From: Candidatus Melainabacteria bacterium 17Bon1m
GTDB taxonomy: Bacteria > Cyanobacteriota > Vampirovibrionia > Obscuribacterales > Obscuribacteraceae
Direction: 5' to 3'
Length of the DNA: 64,000 nucleotides
Assembly (NCBI GenBank): GCA_032128875.1
Contig: JAVLKG010000003.1
Coordinates: 225,008 to 289,007, forward strand
The notes beneath the pieces are model-generated. The model was not told the DNA's origin and did not search any database. It saw only the letters and a list, made by a program, of their open reading frames with translations. The translations under genes were made by a program, and so were the position numbers. Shown in pieces: positions 7,706-17,927 of this stretch. Every line of letters begins with the position of its first letter. Within the stretch, counting starts at the first letter, position 1.

Positions 7706-9172
7706 ATGCCCTCAACTCACCGAGCGAACGATAATGTCGCGCCAGGCGGCGATAACTATAGAGCTCCAAACCGTTTGGAGACCGAAGGTGTCGGCTACAT
7801 CTCCGGTGGCTGAGGCGGCGGTGGCTGCCGCCCACCAGGTGGTGGGTCCGAAGTTCCAAGAGGTTCGTTGCCCGGTCTGGAGATAAGCCAGGGCACGATT
7901 AATCCGGAAGCGAATCAGACTTGGTTTGGACCTGACGGTGAGATCAAGTATGGAACTGCCATCGAGAAAGCTCAATTCGACGCAACTGTAGGCGTCCAGG
8001 GTTCTGAGAAAGCAAAGAAAGCGAAAGCAGGGAAGCCCGAAGGCGCCGCGGATGAGAAAGAAGCCGAAGGCGATGGCAAAAACGGCGAAACCGCCACTGA
8101 AAAGTCTGAAGAAGAGAAGCTCCAAGATGCATTGAAAGCCGCTTACGATAGGGGTGTTCCTGCGGTCGTCGCATTTGGTTCGCAATCTGCCAAAGATACT
8201 GAAAAACTTCTTGGCACTCTCGACCAAAACATGAAAAATGGGAAAGCAGACTTTATATATGCCGACACGGACAAGCTTGACCCCAATTCAGAACTGGGGC
8301 AAGTCGCTCGTCGCAGCGAAGAAAAGGGACAGGGGCTTGGTGCTGATGGAAAGGCAGACCTGGCTTTCACTGGCGTCTATAAAGTCGAAAAGGGCGCAGA
8401 CGGCAAGTACCACATTGGAAATTCTGTAGCTACTTTCTGGGGCGGTCGCCCGGAAATCGCCGGAATCATGAATGATCAACTCAAGTATGCGTCGCGCGAT
8501 GTTTCTGAGGGCAACGGCTCTGATGTAAGACCTGCACCGGGAGCCGATGTTCGCCCACCTGGTGGAGACGGTGGTAACGGCTCTTCCAATGGAGAACGTC
8601 CAGCAATTGAACCTCCAAAGACAGAAGAAGAAAAAGCGGCCGCAGAAGAAAAGGCAAAAGCAGAAGCTGCTGAAAGAGCAAAAGCCACTGAAGAGAAAGC
8701 CGCGAAAGAGGCTGCTGAAGCCGAACGCGTAAAACAGTTTTCCGACAAACCTTATTCTATGGACCAGTATAAGGAAGGTTGGGGCCGAGCTTTAGATCGT
8801 GCTGGAATGGAAGCCGGACCTATGAGGGATGCTGTCGATAAGCTCGGTCAACAAGTGTTATCCGGTCAATTAGATGGAAAAGAAATTGCTGGGCTAATGG
8901 GTCAGTTAGAAGGGCTAGAGCGTGGAGAGGCAGCCCAGATGCTGGCTGGTGTAAATCAAGAACTGAAAGATCGTGGTGTTGCGATCAGTGCCACGGTCAA
9001 AGACGGCAAGATTCAATCTATGGAAATGCGCGCTGATAATGGAAACGTTTTGGTGCGTGTCGATCAAAATGGCAACGTGACTGCCACCAACAAGGGAAGT
9101 GCAAATCCGGAAAGCCCTGAACAAATTTCTCTGCGTCTGGCTAAGAAAATTGAGCCGGACGCATGCCCCTGA
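7706..9172 (+). CDS. Hypothetical protein with degenerate thioredoxin-like domain; in-frame TGA at 7811-7813 (candidate Sec codon or nonsense mutation)
   Basis: ATG 7706 (AGGA 8 nt upstream) is in frame with the 7868-9172 ORF and the only interruption is TGA at codon 36. The segment 'LQDALKAAYDRGVPAVVAFGSQSAKDT' resembles a Trx-fold start lacking CxxC. Confidence 0.6.
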
Positions 9173-9299
9173 AACGGCTAGCGACACTTGAAACCGTGCG
9201 TTTCAATAACTAATTTCAAATGAATTATCTTAGACTACCAACGAAGTTTTGCCTTCGCTTGGCGCTAAGGGGTGGGAAGAGTAGAGCATCGTGCGCCTC

Positions 9300-9848
9300 T
9301 CAAGAAAATAGCCGTTCTGCGGTTGCCCAGTAAAGGCACTCTTCGGCATTGCAACGCATAGCATAGTCAACCATCTCTGCAAGTTCTGGGGGAACCAAGC
9401 TTATCAGTTTGCCCTCGCCACAATAAGCAGGGAAATACATTAGCCAAGTATCCCACGGAGGAATATTCTCCAGATCGAAGTATCCGTTACTGACTGAGGC
9501 TGCTGCGCCATCTGAAAGGTTTGTCCCCGGAAGATACACAAGAAATTTGTGGGTTGTATCGTTTACAGAGGCTGTCGCTGGATGTCCGCCCGCATCGGCA
9601 AGGAGTTTCGCACGACGATCTGACAGAGTATCCACCCACGATCGTCGACTATCTTCATTAGCACGTAACTGATTCCAATCAGAGGCAGAACGCGTTACAT
9701 CCCAGGACGGTGCCCAGTCAAATGGTACTGGTGGTGTGCCAAACTCGATGCTCCTCAGGCTGTTGTGCAAATCGTTAACCGAGAGACGCATAGCGCACCA
9801 CTCTCGAGTTTCTGCAACTCGCTGCCAAAATACTTGTTCACTACCCAT
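9300..9848 (-). CDS. Hypothetical protein
   Basis: 182-aa ORF with a globular-looking motif LSDGAA...GYFDLENIPPWDTW. Confidence 0.65.
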   Translation of the reverse strand: MGSEQVFWQRVAETREWCAMRLSVNDLHNSLRSIEFGTPPVPFDWAPSWDVTRSASDWNQLRANEDSRRSWVDTLSDRRAKLLADAGGHPATASVNDTTHKFLVYLPGTNLSDGAAASVSNGYFDLENIPPWDTWLMYFPAYCGEGKLISLVPPELAEMVDYAMRCNAEECLYWATAERLFS

Positions 9849-9962
9849 GTATCATTACTCAGAATCTCGGCTTTGATAAGTTTTGGCTTGCCCGATAGCG
9901 CTGTTGAGATTGATAGAACAAGAGCTTTTAAATCAATCAAAATGATGTTTCGCTTGATGAAT

Positions 9963-11408
9963 TCAGTTCGCCTTCGAGCACGCCACGTCGCGGACTTGTC
10001 CCTTAAGGACGGGAACTAATTTCTCGTCGATCATTTTTTCCGCTTTCTTCAAATCAATCTCTTCTGCACTTTTGATGCCTTTGCAGAGTTCTCCGACAAT
10101 TTCATCAATGATGACGCCTGCGTCGCGACACACAGAATAGGGTGTGTGCGTGAAGGTAACAAGCGCATAGCGAGATGCAAACTTGTCGGGGAAGTTTTTC
10201 TCCAACACTTTTTCTGCGGCTTTCTGAAGCAAGAATTCTGGTTGCCCTACTTTGTCGCGCATTTCGATGAAGTTTTCGATTGCCATTTGCGCAATCGCAT
10301 CGGCATTAGGTTTTCTCGACTCGTCGAATTCGAGAAAGAGAGCTTCCCAATCCAAAACATCATCAGGCTGCAAATATTTTGTCAGCAAATCTTCGAATAC
10401 GGTAAGGTCTTCGAACGCGCAGTTGGCACCTTGTCCGAAGAATGGCACGATTGCGTGAGCGGCGTCACCGACTAGAAGAACTCTGTCTTTGTAGTGCCAT
10501 GGTTTTGTCGTAACGGTGACCATGCTGCCGGTGGGGTTGTGGAAGAAAGTTTCTTCCGGTTTGTCGAACATTCCATAGGCGTCTGCAAAGTCTGTTTTGA
10601 AGAAGTTGCTGACGGCGTGCTCGTCTTTGAGTTTTTCAAAACACGGCGAGCCGTTGATGGATTCATAGGGAAGGAAGAGTGTGCAGGTGAAACTGCCATC
10701 GAAGTTAGGCAGGGCGATGATCATATAAAGCCCGCGCGGCCAGATGTGGAGAACGTTCTTCTCCATGGCAAATTTGCCGTCTTCGAGAGGCAATACAGCG
10801 AGTTCTTTGTATCCGTAATTCAAATAGTCTTGCTTGCACGGATAGCCGGCTTTCTCTGTCATCGTTTCGCGAATCTGTGATGCAGAGCCGTCAGTGCCGA
10901 TGATGAGGTCGAATGTTTCTTCGTGCTGAGTTTTGTCTTCTTCGTTTTGGATTGTAAGTGTGTTTGTTTCCAAATCGATATTTGTAACGCGCTGGTTGAA
11001 TTTAATTGTCACTGCACCGGCTTTCTCCGCAGCGGTCATGAGGGTTTTGTTCAACTCCCCGCGTGAGACTGAATTGCCAAATTCTGAATCATCTCGACCG
11101 TAAGGTTGATAGGTTGTTTCTCCCGTTCTCGAATGCATTAGACGTCCCATCATGGGCACTGAGTCCTTGAGAATTGTTGCTTCCAGCCCTGCTTTCTGAA
11201 GCGCTCGCAGTCCCCGACGCGTGATGTTCAAGTTGATCGAACGTCCCGCGCTGATTTCCGCGACACGCATATCAGGACGTCTTTCGAGCATGGTAACTTT
11301 CATGCCGCGGCGAGCTAGGAAGACCGCCAAAAGCGAGCCTGTAAGGCCGGCACCGACAACGCAGACGTGTGTGTCGGACAATTTCTTCGTGAGTTTTTTA
11401 AGTGACAT
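9963..11408 (-). CDS. kmo: Kynurenine 3-monooxygenase
   Basis: GAGLTG FAD motif, GRSINL, LHIWPRG, GDAAHAIVPFFGQGANCAFED, ENFIEMRD; adjacent to kynU. Confidence 0.93.
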   Translation of the reverse strand: MSLKKLTKKLSDTHVCVVGAGLTGSLLAVFLARRGMKVTMLERRPDMRVAEISAGRSINLNITRRGLRALQKAGLEATILKDSVPMMGRLMHSRTGETTYQPYGRDDSEFGNSVSRGELNKTLMTAAEKAGAVTIKFNQRVTNIDLETNTLTIQNEEDKTQHEETFDLIIGTDGSASQIRETMTEKAGYPCKQDYLNYGYKELAVLPLEDGKFAMEKNVLHIWPRGLYMIIALPNFDGSFTCTLFLPYESINGSPCFEKLKDEHAVSNFFKTDFADAYGMFDKPEETFFHNPTGSMVTVTTKPWHYKDRVLLVGDAAHAIVPFFGQGANCAFEDLTVFEDLLTKYLQPDDVLDWEALFLEFDESRKPNADAIAQMAIENFIEMRDKVGQPEFLLQKAAEKVLEKNFPDKFASRYALVTFTHTPYSVCRDAGVIIDEIVGELCKGIKSAEEIDLKKAEKMIDEKLVPVLKGQVRDVACSKAN

Positions 11409-12714
11409 GCTCGCCTACTGCTTTTGCAAAGTGGTATACATCTTCGAAGGTGTTGTACATCGGTGTTGGTGCGGCCCGCATAATGTCGGGCTCGCGGAAA
11501 TCGCAAATGACGCCCTTTTCGCCAAGTTTTTTGACGAAGTCTTTTGGCTGTGTTTTCAGTTTGATCGAAAGTTGCGAACCTCTTTGTGCAATATCTTGCG
11601 GCGTGATGACTTTGAAAAAGTCACCGCCAATATCGCTCAGCAAGAATTCCAAATATGCTGTGAGCACATCTCCTTTGCGCCGGAGATTAGCCATTCCAGC
11701 CTTGTCGAATAGTTCCATTGAAGCGCGCAATGCTGCCAATTGAAAAATGGGCGGGTTGCTCAGTTGCCAGCCTTCGGCACCAGGGATAGGGTCAAAAGTT
11801 GGTCCCATTTGGAAGCGAGTCTTCTTGTCGTGCCCCCACCAACCGGCAAATCTAGGCAGCGAAGTGTCTCTCGAATGCCGCTCGTGGACAAAACATCCGG
11901 CAAGTGAACCAGGACCGGAGTTGAGATATTTGTAGCTGCACCACATCGCAAAATCGACATCGTCGTCGTGCAATTTTAGATGCAGATTGCCTGCGCCGTG
12001 CGCTAAATTGAAACCAGCTAATGCGCCGACCGAATGCGCTTTCGCAGCAATCGCCTTCATGTCGAATGCTTGACCGGTCAAGTAATTGACGTTGCCCAGC
12101 ATGACGAGTGCAAGTGATTGGCCTTCCTTTTCGATCGCCTGCAAAATGTCCTCGGGGCGTAGCGTATACTCCCCGTCGCGCGGCTTCAGTGCGACGACAG
12201 CGGTGCTCGGATCGAAGCCGTGAAATTTTGCTTGCGAATCTACAGCGTATCTATCAGATGGAAATGCATCTGCTTCGATGATGATTTTGTAGCGTTCTTT
12301 TGTAGGGCGATAAAAGGAAACCATCATCAAGTGCAGGTTTACCGTGAGGGTGTTCATGATCACCACCTCAATCGGTTTGGCACCAACCAATCGAGCTGCC
12401 ATTTCAGTCAAGTTTTCGTGGTATGGCAACCAGGGGTGACGAGCATCCCAATGCCCTTCAACGCCGTGCTTAGCCCAATCATCGAGTTCTGCGCCTATGT
12501 ATTCACGCACTCGCACCGGCTGCAAGCCCAAAGAGTTTCCCGCCATGTAAATCCATTCCTTGCCGTCTTTGGTCTTCGGAATCAGATATTCTTTGCGAAA
12601 CTCCGCGAGTTCGTCCTTCTTATCCAGACTGCGAGCAAATTCCAAATCGTTCTTGAATTGATGCTTTGAAATAGTTTCGGACGATTCTGCTAATTCTGCT
12701 CGCTGACTAGACAT
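11398..12714 (-). CDS. kynU: Kynureninase
   Basis: GNSLGLQP, MNTLTVNLHLMMVSFYRP, AFPSDRY, WCSYKYLNSGPG, GWQLSNPP; start at ATG 12714 with GGAG. Confidence 0.95.
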   Translation of the reverse strand: MSSQRAELAESSETISKHQFKNDLEFARSLDKKDELAEFRKEYLIPKTKDGKEWIYMAGNSLGLQPVRVREYIGAELDDWAKHGVEGHWDARHPWLPYHENLTEMAARLVGAKPIEVVIMNTLTVNLHLMMVSFYRPTKERYKIIIEADAFPSDRYAVDSQAKFHGFDPSTAVVALKPRDGEYTLRPEDILQAIEKEGQSLALVMLGNVNYLTGQAFDMKAIAAKAHSVGALAGFNLAHGAGNLHLKLHDDDVDFAMWCSYKYLNSGPGSLAGCFVHERHSRDTSLPRFAGWWGHDKKTRFQMGPTFDPIPGAEGWQLSNPPIFQLAALRASMELFDKAGMANLRRKGDVLTAYLEFLLSDIGGDFFKVITPQDIAQRGSQLSIKLKTQPKDFVKKLGEKGVICDFREPDIMRAAPTPMYNTFEDVYHFAKAVGEHVT

Positions 12715-12749
12715 CTGTTTGCTCCGTCTCGGCGTGTATAAGTGTCGTC

Positions 12750-13265
12750 CTATTTGCTCGGCGCTTTCGTCTTCGTGCCGCACTTTTTGCAAGTGGAGTG
12801 ATCGCTGTTGTAGAAGCGATCGAAGATCGGCGGAAACTGTTTGACAATATCAGTCAGATGAAAGTGCTCCTCGTAGAGCTTTTCATCGCAGTTTTCACAA
12901 AGCCAGACAAAACCGTCTTGCTCCCCTTCAGCGCGCTTTCTCTCAATAACAAGTCCGACAGTGTTGGCAGGGCGGCGCGGAGAGTGCGGCATATTGGCTG
13001 GGAGGAGAAAAATCTCCCCTTCTTTTATCGGAACATCCTTTGGCTTGCCGTCTTCGATGACGCGCAAGACGATGTCGCCTTCGATTTGATAAAAGAATTC
13101 CTCTCCCGAGTTAACGTGATAATCGGTGCGGCTATTCGGACCTCCGACCACCATGATGATAAACTCGCGGTCTTCCCAAACCAGTTTGTTACCGACTGGC
13201 GGTTTTAACTGGCTGCGATTCTCTTCGATCCAAGATTTAAAATTTAGCGGCATAAGCGCGGGCAT
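12750..13265 (-). CDS. nbaC: 3-hydroxyanthranilate 3,4-dioxygenase
   Basis: LKPPVGNK, VGGPNSRTDYH, EEFFYQ, PHSPRR and two CxxC rubredoxin-like sites. Confidence 0.95.
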   Translation of the reverse strand: MPALMPLNFKSWIEENRSQLKPPVGNKLVWEDREFIIMVVGGPNSRTDYHVNSGEEFFYQIEGDIVLRVIEDGKPKDVPIKEGEIFLLPANMPHSPRRPANTVGLVIERKRAEGEQDGFVWLCENCDEKLYEEHFHLTDIVKQFPPIFDRFYNSDHSTCKKCGTKTKAPSK

Positions 13266-13490
13266 CGCTCTGTTTTCTCCCTGTTGGAAAGGTGACTAGA
13301 TCAGGCGTTTGCGAGCCAAGCCTGTAGTTTCCCGTACTTGAATTAGCGTGTCAAAGGCGATTTATCTGACGCCGGGTTGTGCAAATCCGGCATACAGTAT
13401 GAGAAGAACCGATATCTAATGGGTTTATTTAGGGTAATAAGAGCTAAGGAGCTAGTTATTAGGGCCGTTAGAGTCCTTAACATTTGGTAG

Positions 13491-16400
13491 ATGACTGATT
13501 CGGGACACATGCAAGATTCTGGAGCCGGAGGTGGCGGAGACGTCGTCCGGCTGATTACTCAGGCGCGCGCGTCTATGAAAGCGCGGGATTACGAAGCTGC
13601 CAAGGCTGGGTTCAAAAACATTTATGACTTCTTGAGCCGGCGAGGGCTGGGCGAAGGGTTGGAGGCGATGGAATGCCTCGCGGACCTTGGCGCCAGCCAT
13701 ATGGCTCTTAAGGAGTATGACTCCGCGCTTTCGGAATACGCGCGCTTGGCTTCGATTATGGAGCGTAATCTTGGTGAGGCGAATGCCGAGTTGCGGCAAC
13801 ACTTGCGTCGATACGCACAAGCTTGTGATGTCGCCGGCAAGGTTAATGAGGCGAAACAGCTTTACAGCCGCGCTAATGACCTTGAGCGACGCTATGGCGC
13901 CGTGCCGGCAAGAAGCAATGCAGGCAGTCTGACTGGACGTTCGCAGTCCGGAGCACAGAGTGCGCTATCGCAAGAGGCAGCCTCTGGCGGCGGTTCGACC
14001 TTCGCTGAGGCTATTCAAGATGCTGTGGCTCGCTCTATGGCAAAGCTCGACAACCGAGCTAAGCCTTTCGATCCGGCTACATCTCAGCCACCTAAGCAGG
14101 CCCCGCTGGGACCGCGTCCGTTTGTTTCCTCTCCGCTTCCGCCCTCGCCTTTCCAGAATCTTGTCAGTGAGGTGACGAAACCCAGAGATGCTGGCGGAGC
14201 CGGTCACTCAGGTGGTGGTGTCCCCGGGCAATCCCAGGGGCAGACGCCACTTCAGCCGCAAGGGCAAATGCAGCAGCAGGGGCAAATGCAACCGCAAGGG
14301 CAAATGCAACCGCAAGGACAAAGTCAATCTGAGGCGCAAGGGCAGGCTCAAGGGCAGGGGCAAACTTCGCCGCAGCCGCAAGGTCAGAATGCCGCGCAGC
14401 CGCTTATGCCGCAGGGTTTTACAGGGTCGCCTGCGATGCCGCAGGATGTGGCGATTCCAGCCTTCAAAGTCCCGAGAGAACTTTCCGATAGTCAATTTAT
14501 CTATCGACCCAAAGGCAATGCGGGTCGGCAAACTGGTGACCAGTCCAGCACTAGCACCGGTGGACATTCCGCCACTTCAACCGGTGGACAGTCCGCCACT
14601 AGCACGGGCGGACATTCCGGCACCTCAACAGGTGGTAGTCAAAGCGGACTGGGCCCGACGAGTTCTGGTGGAATGCGAGTAAGCGGCGGGCAACCTGTCG
14701 CTCCGAAACCTCAAGCCAAGGCCGATCCTGAAGCGGTGCAACGCGCGATTGCTGAGCATACCGCTGCCAAACATGCTGCAGCGCAGCAAGCAGAACAACA
14801 AGCCGCTTCGGAGTTTTCATCTGGTTGGGCAGAGTCTGCGCGAAATAATTTTCCACAACAAGCCGAAGAACAAGCATCGTCTATCGTGCAGGAATCTGAG
14901 GTTCCTTGGGCAGACACGCAAGATGCGACTGCGGCCCCTGGCGTTGGTCAGAGTGGAACTCATTGGCGTGCGCCGCGTCAGCCAGGCACCACCAGTGGTG
15001 ATATGTCTTCGATCTCGCAAGATCGACCGATTATAGAAGAAGGCAACTTTGAGCCAATTTCCGGCGCTCGCCCTAATAATCATCAAAGTGTTGAAGAGAG
15101 CCTTGATAAAGTTTTTGGTCAAAATGCCGGACCCGAACAAGAGCGCGGCTCCAGCATTTATGCGGATCAACAAAGCGCGCATCAAGTTGGTCCCGGATCG
15201 GTTTCTGGTGAAGCTGGTAATTCCCCAGTTCGCCGCACCAACCCAAGTCTTAATTCATCGAAGCTAAGACAGATGCAAAACCGAGGCACTACACCAGAAC
15301 CAAGACCTGGTTTGCGCGAAGATGTCGAGGAAACCACCAGTGCTGAATCATTCAATACGTTGGCGCCACTAGGATATGATCCCGCCGACTATGATCCTTC
15401 TGTGCCGACTCATCCTTGGGCAGCTCCTGGTCAGGCGCCGCCCCCGTCGTCCGATGAGTCGCGACGTCCTGGTGCTAAACGCGCTACTGCGGAGTGGCAA
15501 GTTGACCCGGTCGACGACATACCAGAATCCAGTGTCGACATCGCCGATCCGCACCTGCCAACAGAAGCGCACCCAGACAGCGATTCATCAAAGGCGATGG
15601 CGCAGTGGGGCGTCACTATCAGCGATCAACCCGAAGAGCATTACCCACCTATTCGTCAGGACGATCGAAGACAAGGTCTGCAGCCTGTTGAAGAAGCAAC
15701 TCCTGCAGGCGTGCCAAAGCCTTTCGACAGGCGGCAAAAGCCAAAGTCGATGAAGAATTTGCGCAGTCGTTTTGGGCAAATAGACCCTGCGACAGAAGTT
15801 GATGATGCCGAGTTTGCGGAATCGGAAGTGATGAATCCGCACAGCGCTACGGGGCAACCGTTAGTCAGTCCTGTCGGTCCATACGAAGAAGACAGCCCAT
15901 TGGGCGAACCGCGCTCATTGCCGCCACAAACGCCTCCGCGCCGACTCGCCGACAATTCGATTTCCAACATGACACCACCGGAATTGCCACCCGATCAAAT
16001 GTTGACGCAATTGCCACCAGAAATGCCTCCACCGCCTCCTCCTTCTATGAAAGGGCGCGGTCCGCGTGGTTTGCTCGAAAGCAGTGGTTCTTTTGCAGAA
16101 GCAAGCCGGCAATCTGAGTTCGAGCCGCAAGTGCAGCAGGATCAAACGCCTTCTTTTGATGAAGGCGCGCCCGACGACAATAGACCGTCTTCGATGTTTT
16201 CGCGGTTGGTCAGCAAACGGCAGCATGATACTTCGCTACAAAACGCCAACCCGAGTTTTGCTTCAGATGAGCTTCAGGTGCCGCCGCGCATTCGCTCTAT
16301 GGTAGATGCTGCGCGCGCCAACATCAGTGACGGAAAGCACGCTGATGCCGCGCGGCTGATGCAGAAGGTGGTCAATGATTTGGCTGAGGGCGGCTTGAAG

Positions 16401-17861
16401 GATAGCCGCTATGTGGCAGATTGTATGCTGATTTTGAGTGAAGCATATGAAGCCTCCGGACAGCTTGGTCCAGCGATTACTTCTTTCCACCAGCACGCGT
16501 TGATGGTGGAAAAACGCGTCGGTGTCAAAGATTACGAGAGTATCGGCAATTGGTACAGGTTGGCGGTCTTGCTCGAGAAGGCGGGCGAAAAAGATGATGC
16601 ACGCACCATGTACGAGCATGCGCTCGCACTTGCTGTACAACATCTTGATCAAGATGATGAGCTGACTGCGAGCATTAAGTCATCGTACGAAGAGTTTCTC
16701 ACCAATCCCGATAAAGCGACGAGAAAACCTGCGCCTGCGACTGAGTACTCTAAAGAGGAGGTTCTTGCGCAGAATAAAGAACTCCGCACATCTGCGCTCC
16801 AGCAACAAGAAAAACCTCGTAACAACGGTGTGGTCATATGGAGCACCGTATCAGTCATTGTTCTAATCGCAGCTGGGTTCTGGTTCTTTACCCTGATGGG
16901 CAGCATGAACAAATCAATAGGCAATATTGATTCTGTTTCAACCGGCACCATCCCTGAGCAAGTCTTCGCAAATACCGATGGCGACGGGCTCTTGCGCTTC
17001 ACTGGTACCGACAATTTAGAAGTCACCATCGACGGCAAATTGCGTCAGGTCAAATACATCGTTTTGAAAAACGATCTTAGCGACCTGGCGACAATGTTTG
17101 TCAATGCCGGCGCGAAGCAGACCGTCTGGATTCGCAAAGCGGCAGACGGGATGCTGGTTAACGACAACACCATGTTCTTCCAAAAGGACGCTCCTGAGCT
17201 TGCAATGGCTAACGAGATGCGTCGCATCGGTCAGCGCGTCGAAGAATACTATCAACTCAATCGATCGTATCCACGCTATCGCCAAGATTGGTCGGAAGAT
17301 CCAGCCTTCGGTTTCATCAATCCTACAACTCACAAAGGGGAAGCTTCCCTTTTTCATGTCTTTCCGAAATCAGCAACACAAGCGGCATTGTTTGGTGGTT
17401 CCAAAACACCTGATGAAATTGCCAGTTACCTCGAGAGTGGCGAAACCTGGGTTGGAGAGCCCGAGTTAAAACCGTGTTCGATCAGTGTTGCTGTTAAGCA
17501 TTCGGGCGAAAAAGCCAACAACAAGCCGATCGTGCAAGAGTTTTTCATGCACGCCACCGACCAAAACAATAAATACCTGCCTGCTTCAAAGCCAAAGACC
17601 GTGAGCGTAGTGCTTTTGATTCAAGGCCGAAATATCGGCAACTTCGACTTGCATCCTCAGGACTTTAGCAAGTTAGAGCTCCAGCCAATGCCTGATGGCA
17701 TTGCTTACGTCAATATGAGCGAGACGCCGCTGTTTGGTACTGACGTGCTTAAATCGGTCGTTCCAGTTACCTTCATCAGCCTCGCTGCAATATTCTTCTT
17801 TGGTCTTCTAATTACCGTTGCCACCCTTAGAAGCAACAAAAAGGGTACGAAGAAAAAGTAG
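13491..17861 (+). CDS. Large membrane protein: TPR-like repeats, ~800-aa P/Q/S/G-rich disordered region, second TPR block, TM, extracytoplasmic domain, C-terminal TM
   Basis: 1456-aa ORF with kinesin-light-chain-like TPR patterns; TMs VVIWSTVSVIVLIAAGFWFF and VPVTFISLAAIFFFGLLITV; internal 18-bp (QPQGQM) and 24-bp (STGGHSAT) repeats. Confidence 0.75.
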   Translation: MTDSGHMQDSGAGGGGDVVRLITQARASMKARDYEAAKAGFKNIYDFLSRRGLGEGLEAMECLADLGASHMALKEYDSALSEYARLASIMERNLGEANAELRQHLRRYAQACDVAGKVNEAKQLYSRANDLERRYGAVPARSNAGSLTGRSQSGAQSALSQEAASGGGSTFAEAIQDAVARSMAKLDNRAKPFDPATSQPPKQAPLGPRPFVSSPLPPSPFQNLVSEVTKPRDAGGAGHSGGGVPGQSQGQTPLQPQGQMQQQGQMQPQGQMQPQGQSQSEAQGQAQGQGQTSPQPQGQNAAQPLMPQGFTGSPAMPQDVAIPAFKVPRELSDSQFIYRPKGNAGRQTGDQSSTSTGGHSATSTGGQSATSTGGHSGTSTGGSQSGLGPTSSGGMRVSGGQPVAPKPQAKADPEAVQRAIAEHTAAKHAAAQQAEQQAASEFSSGWAESARNNFPQQAEEQASSIVQESEVPWADTQDATAAPGVGQSGTHWRAPRQPGTTSGDMSSISQDRPIIEEGNFEPISGARPNNHQSVEESLDKVFGQNAGPEQERGSSIYADQQSAHQVGPGSVSGEAGNSPVRRTNPSLNSSKLRQMQNRGTTPEPRPGLREDVEETTSAESFNTLAPLGYDPADYDPSVPTHPWAAPGQAPPPSSDESRRPGAKRATAEWQVDPVDDIPESSVDIADPHLPTEAHPDSDSSKAMAQWGVTISDQPEEHYPPIRQDDRRQGLQPVEEATPAGVPKPFDRRQKPKSMKNLRSRFGQIDPATEVDDAEFAESEVMNPHSATGQPLVSPVGPYEEDSPLGEPRSLPPQTPPRRLADNSISNMTPPELPPDQMLTQLPPEMPPPPPPSMKGRGPRGLLESSGSFAEASRQSEFEPQVQQDQTPSFDEGAPDDNRPSSMFSRLVSKRQHDTSLQNANPSFASDELQVPPRIRSMVDAARANISDGKHADAARLMQKVVNDLAEGGLKDSRYVADCMLILSEAYEASGQLGPAITSFHQHALMVEKRVGVKDYESIGNWYRLAVLLEKAGEKDDARTMYEHALALAVQHLDQDDELTASIKSSYEEFLTNPDKATRKPAPATEYSKEEVLAQNKELRTSALQQQEKPRNNGVVIWSTVSVIVLIAAGFWFFTLMGSMNKSIGNIDSVSTGTIPEQVFANTDGDGLLRFTGTDNLEVTIDGKLRQVKYIVLKNDLSDLATMFVNAGAKQTVWIRKAADGMLVNDNTMFFQKDAPELAMANEMRRIGQRVEEYYQLNRSYPRYRQDWSEDPAFGFINPTTHKGEASLFHVFPKSATQAALFGGSKTPDEIASYLESGETWVGEPELKPCSISVAVKHSGEKANNKPIVQEFFMHATDQNNKYLPASKPKTVSVVLLIQGRNIGNFDLHPQDFSKLELQPMPDGIAYVNMSETPLFGTDVLKSVVPVTFISLAAIFFFGLLITVATLRSNKKGTKKK

Positions 17862-17927
17862 CGCGGACGCGGGTATAGTAAACAAAGGAGCGCGAGAAGG
17901 CTTTTCTTGCAGTGTCGGACGGGCTAA

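Noticed and set aside
7638-7886. 82-aa ORF or frameshift as the true 5' part of the 7868 gene
   Set aside because: The RBS spacing fits ATG 7706 (8 nt), not ATG 7701 (3 nt), and the 7706 frame needs no frameshift.
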